Positions 58,395-64,000 of a stretch of DNA of 64,000 bases are shown here, one piece after another. Source of the DNA: Spirochaetales bacterium (GTDB lineage: Bacteria; Spirochaetota; Spirochaetia; Treponematales; UBA12059); assembly GCA_016928955.1 (NCBI GenBank), contig JAFGJV010000047.1, positions 1 through 64,000 of the forward strand, given 5' to 3'. Every line of letters begins with the position of its first letter. The stretch's first letter is position 1. The notes beneath the pieces are model-generated. The model searched no databases, had not been told where the DNA came from, and saw only the letters and a list, made by a program, of their open reading frames with translations. The translations under genes and the position numbers were made by a program.

Positions 58395-59050
58395 GAAGTT
58401 GCTCCGGATGTGTCCAGGGCGTCCATGACCAGGGTCTGGACGGCTCTCCGCGCCCGCCCGAGCCTGGCTCCCACCCGGTTGTCGTAGGCCAGCCTGCCGC
58501 CGTCCGCCTGGAGTACGGGCCCGGTGCCGTCCGGGGCGGGTTCGCCGGCGAGCGTCAGCCTGACGGGGTTGCCGGAGGCTGCGGATGCCCTGGCCTCGGC
58601 GCGACGCAACAGCTCCGGGGTGACCACGGCTCGCTCTGCTTCCGGCACCAGCACGTCCGCCTCCTCGTGTCCCAAGCCGATCGCCGCTTCCGCTATCCAC
58701 GACTCCATGAAGGCGGGGTAATCGGGGCGGCCGGCCACGGCGCGACACTCGCCGGCGGTCAGGTCCATGACCCTGTGCTCGAACGCGGCTTCCGCCTCGA
58801 GTACCAGGCGCGCGCGCTCGGCGTCCAGGGCGGCCCGGGCGTCCTTCAGGACAGCCTCAGCCCGGTCGCGGGCGTCCGCTAGAGCCGCGGCTTCAAGGGC
58901 GCGCGCCTGCGTGGCTGCGCTATCCATGCGCCTCTGGGCATAGTCCGCTGCCTGGGCATCCAGGTCCCTGATCTTGGCGTCCGCCTCGTCCAGGATGCCC
59001 CGGAGCAGGCCGCTGTCGTCGTGCGCTGTGCTTGTCGAGGAACGTTTCAT
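58391..59050 (-). CDS. ntpE: A/V-type ATP synthase subunit E
   Basis: Ala/charged coiled coil then G...DGGRLAYDN; operon position. Confidence 0.8.
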   Translation of the reverse strand: MKRSSTSTAHDDSGLLRGILDEADAKIRDLDAQAADYAQRRMDSAATQARALEAAALADARDRAEAVLKDARAALDAERARLVLEAEAAFEHRVMDLTAGECRAVAGRPDYPAFMESWIAEAAIGLGHEEADVLVPEAERAVVTPELLRRAEARASAASGNPVRLTLAGEPAPDGTGPVLQADGGRLAYDNRVGARLGRARRAVQTLVMDALDTSGATS

Positions 59051-59352
59051 AATTTTACGCCTATGGCCGCGTTGGCCAGTTCCCGTACGCCCGGCCGGCC
59101 AGGCATCCGGCCCTTTCTGCCCGGTATTTCCACTACCAGCGGAAAGCGGGCTGAGAACAGGTATCTGTCCACGGTTTCCCGTATCATGGAAGCCACTGGT
59201 TCGGTCATGATGACGATGCCCACGTCCTGCATGGCCAGGACGTCCGAGAACGCGGCTCCCGCCTCGTCGGCATCATGGGCTGTCCTGCCGTCCACGCCGA
59301 CCATGCCGAAGCCCAGGACAGCGTCCTCGTCGCCTATAACGAAATAGCGCAT
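59047..59352 (-). CDS. ntpF: A/V-type ATP synthase subunit F
   Basis: VIGDEDAVLGFGMVGV, PLVVEIP, AIGV. Confidence 0.92.
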   Translation of the reverse strand: MRYFVIGDEDAVLGFGMVGVDGRTAHDADEAGAAFSDVLAMQDVGIVIMTEPVASMIRETVDRYLFSARFPLVVEIPGRKGRMPGRPGVRELANAAIGVKL

Positions 59353-59356
59353 GAGC

Positions 59357-59707
59357 TCATACTTTGCCCAGGATCATGAGGGCAATGATGAAGCCGAAGA
59401 CCACCACGCCTTCCGCCAGGGCGACAAAAATGAGGGCCTGTCCGCCCACCTCGGGCTTCTCGCCCACGGCGCCCATGGCCGCCGAGCCCACGTGGGCAAT
59501 GGCTATGCCCGCCCCTATGGCGCCCAGGCCAAAAGCGGCCGCCGCCGCGAAGAGGCCCAACGTGCGAGCGCTGTCCGGCGCTTCTGGCGCGGCGCCCGCC
59601 GGTTCCTGAGCCACTGCCGCGCTGCCGGCGGCAAAAACCGCCGCCAGTATGGCCATCACCACGATCCGCCGCGCGATACCCGCTTTTGCCTTCAGCCGTT
59701 TGTCCAT
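59357..59707 (-). CDS. ntpK: A/V-type ATP synthase subunit K (c), single hairpin with N-terminal signal-like extension
   Basis: GLGAIGAGIA, EKPE loop, LAEG carboxylate. Confidence 0.92.
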   Translation of the reverse strand: MDKRLKAKAGIARRIVVMAILAAVFAAGSAAVAQEPAGAAPEAPDSARTLGLFAAAAAFGLGAIGAGIAIAHVGSAAMGAVGEKPEVGGQALIFVALAEGVVVFGFIIALMILGKV

Positions 59708-59762
59708 AGCCGCTACTCCTGTGTTGCCGTTTGGGCGCCCCGGATTCTTGCCGGGATCCCGT

Positions 59763-61811
59763 TCAGTCCGCCGAGCGGAACGATATGGGGCTGTAAGCCC
59801 GCCCCGAGCCGTTGAAGAACTTGGAGAAAAATTCGTAATAGTTGAGCCTGAGCGCCTGTATGCCCGCCGACAGGCCTTCCAGAGCTATGACGAGCACGTT
59901 GCCCGCGACCAGGATGAGGATGGCCGTTACGCTGAAGCCTCCGCCGGGGTTGACCATGCCCGCTATCTGGAAGAAGGCGCTCATGAGGCTGACGTGGGCT
60001 ATGCCCAGGCCGGCAACGCGCATGAAGGACAGGGTGTTGGCCAGGTAGCCTGAGTATACTTCCAGGACGGAAACCAGCCATTCCATGATCCAGGACATCA
60101 CGGTCCCGGCCGTGAGTTTTCCGCCGCCCGCCCCGCGCGCCTTGTGTTCCAGGCGTTCCAGCGGAGCTTTGAACGCCAGGAGGACCGTGGGTAGGCCCAG
60201 CACCAGGAGTAGGATATCCGCGGGCGGGAGGGTCTTGTACGAGCTGGCCACGAACCAGAACGACGCCCAGGCGCCCGCCCCGTACACCATGCCGCCCGCC
60301 AGTCCGGCCTTGTCAAAGAACAGGTCCACCCAGCGCCGCTGCCTGACCAGGTTGATCCAGTTGAGGACCAGGCCCGTGCCCAGGACCACGATGCCGAATT
60401 TGATGGTGATGCCAAGTATGTCGTAGATGGACGACACGGTGCCGCCGCGCGCGTGCCCGGCGACCACACCGTGGTAATCGAACCACAGAGGCTTCAGGAG
60501 CCCCATGCCGAAATACGAGCCGAACAGGATCCCCGCGGCTATTGCCGCCAGCCCGCAGTACCAGATCAGGGTGAACAAGGTATCCGGCTTGCCGTGTTTC
60601 CTGGCGCGCAGCCTGCCCAGGAGGCCCGCCACGGCAAGCACGGCTCCGTGGCCCGCGTCCCCGAACATGAGGCCGAACATGATCAGGTAGGCAGCCGCCA
60701 CCAGGGGCGTGGGGTCGACCGTGCCGTAGGCAGGCACGCCGAAATTGCTTACCAGGGTCTGGAACGGCCGGAGGATGTCCGGATTGCGCATGGCCGACGG
60801 CGGCACCAGGCCAGCAGCGGCCGCCTCCGACGCCTCGGTCCACTCGATGTGGCAGCGGCCGCCCGTGGCCGTGCGGATGGCGTCTTCCGCCCGCCGCGAA
60901 TCCTTGGCAGGCAGCCAGCCGGACAAAAGCGTCGTGCTGTCGGTATGGGAAAACGACGAGCGCAGGCGCTGGGACAATTCAGCGCCCCTGAGTTCCACCC
61001 ACAGGCCGCCCAGCTCGGACGCCTTGTCCCGGATGAGCCTTCCCACGTCCCTCCGCCGTTCCTCAAGCTCCAACGCCAGCCTGGAACGCTTGTCAGCCAC
61101 TTCTTTCAGGGCTTCAGCAGCGTTGCCCCGGGCGTCGCTTGCCTCGTCGGTCCAGTCCGAACGGCGCAGGGCGGAGTCCACGCGGGTCTCGTCGCGCCTG
61201 AGGGCTGCCACCAGGCAGTGGAAACGGCCGTCTTCGGACACGCCGCGCCCGTCCGCACCGCCAAGGGGCGCCAGCACGGAGGGAAAGGCGGCCAGCGCCT
61301 TGTCCAGGCGTTCCGCCTCGGAGGCGGGAACGGAACCGGCCCTGATGAGAAGGAACGAACGCTCCTCCGGTCGGGACAGTCCCCGCCTGGCGGCGTCGCC
61401 CAAGGCAGCGCCCCGTTCCAGCTGGCGGGCTATCTCGTCCAGTCTGAGTATTTTGTCCTGGGTTTCCTTCTGCTTGTCCCTGATGGCCTGGATGTCGGAC
61501 GCCATGGCATCCACGCGGCTTTCCACGGCGGCCAGGTCAAAGGGACCTCCGTGAAAATCACTGTCCAGGGGGCGGGACAGGGGCGGTTCGGCCAGGGACA
61601 TGAGCCCTTCCACCCGCCTGCGGGCGTCGCGCACCCGTTCCAGGGAAGGGTCGCGCTCTACCGAGCTGAGCCTGCCGGAAGGCGTGTCGTCCGGCTGGCG
61701 GAAACTGATCGCTTCCAGGCAGCCGGTCCGTACCAGCTCGTCGGCCGTTGCCTTGGCAAGGGAGCTGGGCACGGCGGCGTCCAGGAGCCTCATGCGCACG
61801 GTGAACATCAT
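59763..61811 (-). CDS. ntpI: A/V-type ATP synthase subunit I
   Basis: DPTP, MFGLMFGDAGHG, NTLSFMR, IQALRLNYYEFFSKF. Confidence 0.94.
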   Translation of the reverse strand: MMFTVRMRLLDAAVPSSLAKATADELVRTGCLEAISFRQPDDTPSGRLSSVERDPSLERVRDARRRVEGLMSLAEPPLSRPLDSDFHGGPFDLAAVESRVDAMASDIQAIRDKQKETQDKILRLDEIARQLERGAALGDAARRGLSRPEERSFLLIRAGSVPASEAERLDKALAAFPSVLAPLGGADGRGVSEDGRFHCLVAALRRDETRVDSALRRSDWTDEASDARGNAAEALKEVADKRSRLALELEERRRDVGRLIRDKASELGGLWVELRGAELSQRLRSSFSHTDSTTLLSGWLPAKDSRRAEDAIRTATGGRCHIEWTEASEAAAAGLVPPSAMRNPDILRPFQTLVSNFGVPAYGTVDPTPLVAAAYLIMFGLMFGDAGHGAVLAVAGLLGRLRARKHGKPDTLFTLIWYCGLAAIAAGILFGSYFGMGLLKPLWFDYHGVVAGHARGGTVSSIYDILGITIKFGIVVLGTGLVLNWINLVRQRRWVDLFFDKAGLAGGMVYGAGAWASFWFVASSYKTLPPADILLLVLGLPTVLLAFKAPLERLEHKARGAGGGKLTAGTVMSWIMEWLVSVLEVYSGYLANTLSFMRVAGLGIAHVSLMSAFFQIAGMVNPGGGFSVTAILILVAGNVLVIALEGLSAGIQALRLNYYEFFSKFFNGSGRAYSPISFRSAD

Positions 61812-62869
61812 ATGACGCTCCTTGCCCGGTCCTCGGGCAGGCCGTAGTGCGCGGCGTTCAAGGCCGACCGGAGCCTGCGCAGTTCGTCGCAACGTAGTTC
61901 CAGGTAGGACAGGATGACGCCTATGGAGAAAGGGTTCTTGCCCTTGAGGGCGCGGGCTTCGTCGGTTTTGGCCTGGCGGACAAAGCGTTCCAGCCCGCCC
62001 AGCCGACCCCGCGAGTCAGCGCGGGCCCAGAATGCTTCCAGTCCCCGGATGGAGCCGTGGAACATGGCGCTGGCGCGGTCCAGGGGTTTGTCGGACGCCA
62101 GGGCGTTTTCCAGGGCGTCGGTCTTGACGGCCCCCGGAAAGGCTATCAGCTGCCGCTTGAGCTGGTCTGCGGCCGGGCCGGCGGCCAGGCGGGATCGTAC
62201 CAGGCTGTTGAGGTTCTGGATGTCCGCGTCAAAGGCCACAAAGCGCCTGGCCAGACGACGGTCGGCCGGACGGAGACCGGCCAGCGAGCTTTCCAGGTTG
62301 CTGAAATAGAAGGCGTCCAGGGCGCTTTCCAGGGCGTACAGGCTGGCGAGCCTGGCCGTATCCTGCGCGTGCTTGGCCACGATAGAGCCGTAAGCGCTGC
62401 CCCGGAAAGCCAAGGCCAGTTCGGCCGGCGATGCCGCGTTGACGATGGCGTCAAAGTCCAGCCTGTCCACCACGCGGCCGGCAAAACGGTAGCCCGTCCT
62501 GTCGCCTATGTGGCGGCCGCGCACGTGCGAGTCGAACCACAGGCGCAGGGCGTCCTTGACCGCGTCCAGTTCGGGCCGCCGCGCCAGGGCGGCTATGAAG
62601 GCGCGCGTGGGGCCTTCCAGGCGCGGCAGGAGCTCGGAATACGCGCCCGCTTCGCGCGCGAACAGCTCGGCTTCCACCGCCTTGAGGTCGCCGGTCGCCG
62701 CGTATACCCGCTCAAGGTCCTCGTAGGCGGTGCCGCGCAGGCTTATGAAGGCTTCCTGGACCGTACGCGCGCGGGCAAGTTTCAGGATGATGTCGTCGTC
62801 CAGGAGCGTGCTGGTCCTGGTTTTGAGCTTGGCGCTCAGGTAGCCGTACTCGGACAGGGCGCTCCTCAT
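61808..62869 (-). CDS. ntpC: A/V-type ATP synthase subunit C (d)
   Basis: YGYLSAKLK, DIQNL, PFSIGVILSYL. Confidence 0.85.
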   Translation of the reverse strand: MRSALSEYGYLSAKLKTRTSTLLDDDIILKLARARTVQEAFISLRGTAYEDLERVYAATGDLKAVEAELFAREAGAYSELLPRLEGPTRAFIAALARRPELDAVKDALRLWFDSHVRGRHIGDRTGYRFAGRVVDRLDFDAIVNAASPAELALAFRGSAYGSIVAKHAQDTARLASLYALESALDAFYFSNLESSLAGLRPADRRLARRFVAFDADIQNLNSLVRSRLAAGPAADQLKRQLIAFPGAVKTDALENALASDKPLDRASAMFHGSIRGLEAFWARADSRGRLGGLERFVRQAKTDEARALKGKNPFSIGVILSYLELRCDELRRLRSALNAAHYGLPEDRARSVI

Positions 62870-63201
62870 GACACGGCCCCGCCATCCAGCTCGGTGGCAA
62901 GCACCAGGGCGGCCGCCTGCTTGGCCAGATCGGGAGCCCGGGCGTTGAGTTCGGCAAAGCGCTTGTCTATGTCCGCGCGGATGCTTTCCAGGCCGGCCAC
63001 GCGGAGGGCCTCGGCTTCCTGCTTTGCCTGCTCGAGCTGGGCTTTGGCCGCGGCCTGCGCGCGTTCCCGAGCTTCAGCTACTAGCTGTTCGGCGGCCGCG
63101 TCGGCCTTGGACCTGGTTTCCTGTGCCCGTTGTTTTGCTGCGTCCAGCTTGGTCCTGGCCTCGTCTTCCGCGGCCAGGATGGATGTAAGTACCTTGTCCA
63201 T
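62866..63201 (-). CDS. A/V-type ATP synthase subunit G/H (stator)
   Basis: IL.AE.EA coiled coil; first gene of the operon. Confidence 0.75.
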   Translation of the reverse strand: MDKVLTSILAAEDEARTKLDAAKQRAQETRSKADAAAEQLVAEARERAQAAAKAQLEQAKQEAEALRVAGLESIRADIDKRFAELNARAPDLAKQAAALVLATELDGGAVS

Positions 63202-63400
63202 TAACGACTATCCCTTCGCGCGCGCTGGGGTAGCTGTCCACGGGAGCGTGAAGGGCCGACAAGCGGGGCTTGGCGCTTCCAAAGCTCGACAATCGCGCGA
63301 CGGACGATCCGTCCGCCACCATGCTAGCGCAAAGCCCGCTTCTTGTACAGGCAAGCGGCCGAGCTTGGCGCCGGGCCGAAGGGCGTGCTACCATTCGGGA

Positions 63401-63847
63401 ATGCTGTACGAAACGAGCAAGTCGGTGGACAAGGACAATGTGTACTACACGGTCCGCTGGTCGCCCATCGTCAAGGCGGACCGGCACGTCATCAACGCGT
63501 CCGTCCCTGCCATGGGCGGCATAGCCGAGCTGTACTACCGCGACAGCAAGGGCAAGCTCAACCTGTACCTTTTGGCCAGGTCGTATTACGGCGGCCTCCG
63601 GGCCACCCTGCGCGTGGCCACCGATCCGGTGGAAGAGAAGGACGAGCGCAGGCGGGCGGTTCTCCTGGAGCACGAGGGCGAGATTTTCTACCGGTATACC
63701 TTGCTGGAGTCCCAGGACGACATGAGCGACATCAGCTTCTTTTTCATGAGCACGTACAGCCCCCAGTCGGCCCCGCAGGCCCACTCGGGCCGCTATGAAA
63801 AAATCTTCGTGCGCGAGGTGGATTCCGGCGGCCTGGTAACCATCTGA
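63401..63847 (+). CDS. Hypothetical protein (probably leaderless)
   Basis: ORF MLYETSKSV... with native codon usage; TG.TACCAT extended -10 six nt upstream. Confidence 0.7.
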   Translation: MLYETSKSVDKDNVYYTVRWSPIVKADRHVINASVPAMGGIAELYYRDSKGKLNLYLLARSYYGGLRATLRVATDPVEEKDERRRAVLLEHEGEIFYRYTLLESQDDMSDISFFFMSTYSPQSAPQAHSGRYEKIFVREVDSGGLVTI

Positions 63848-63924
63848 GCCAATTTCAAAAGGGAGCCTCTAAAAACTTCAGTTTTTAGAGGCTCCCAAAA
63901 GTCTGGTACTTTTGAAATTGGCTC
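63846..63924. repeat. Family B palindrome with a family A palindrome (63861-63896) nested in it
   Basis: GAGCCAATTTC-AAAA-[GGGAGCCTCTAAAAACT-TC-AGTTTTTAGAGGCTCCC]-AAAA-GT-CTGGT-ACTTTTGAAATTGGCTC. Confidence 0.9.
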
Positions 63925-64000
63925 CGCTAATTTTTGCAGGGCGGATCAGCCTGCCTCCGGAGGGCTTCCAGGCCCCAGGCTGCCGTAAAGTCGGCAAGGC

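Noticed and set aside
62057..63400. 596-aa plus-strand ORF 62057-63847
   Set aside because: The 5' part is an antisense shadow of the ATPase C and G/H genes; only 63401-63847 looks coding.
63401..63847. GIY-YIG-like pattern (P..GGI.ELY...Y...S..GLR..L) next to the palindromes as their mobilising nuclease
   Set aside because: The motifs are too degenerate to call, and nothing links the protein to the repeats beyond adjacency.

Overview
High-GC spirochaete (Treponematales-like) chromosomal segment. The assignment rests on periplasmic flagellin FlaB, an archaeal-type UMP kinase, tRNA-Arg(GCG) and an A/V-type ATPase operon. Bases 1-13.7 kb are the 3' end of a secondary-metabolite cluster: an NRPS-type carrier + terminal reductase, two outer-membrane beta-barrels, a Lol/MacB-like ABC system with a LolA-like carrier, an ABC-2 exporter, a glycosyltransferase, a type II thioesterase, a radical SAM enzyme and an Sfp-type PPTase. 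The cluster abuts a sigma28-driven flagellar rod gene. The rest is mostly housekeeping and accessory genes: two cyclophilins, a PI-PLC, GntP + glycerate kinase, a MoxR/DUF58 operon, an MBL-cNMP-hemerythrin protein, a PRTase/5-formyl-THF cyclo-ligase fusion, mlaEFD, a GH63-like hydrolase, a hydrogenase-like regulatory triad, flaB, dnaX-ybaB-recR with SRP RNA and five tRNAs, dusB, tatD, pyrG-lptCAB and a complete A/V-ATPase operon. The non-coding highlights are (1) an unassigned, highly structured ~270-nt candidate ncRNA with its own promoter and terminator at 36.6-36.9 kb, (2) two families of short palindromic repeats, one nested inside the other, (3) tRNA-Ser-linked repeats with a duplicated tRNA 3' end, and (4) several apparently leaderless genes. 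All product calls come from motif recognition by eye; no database searches were run.
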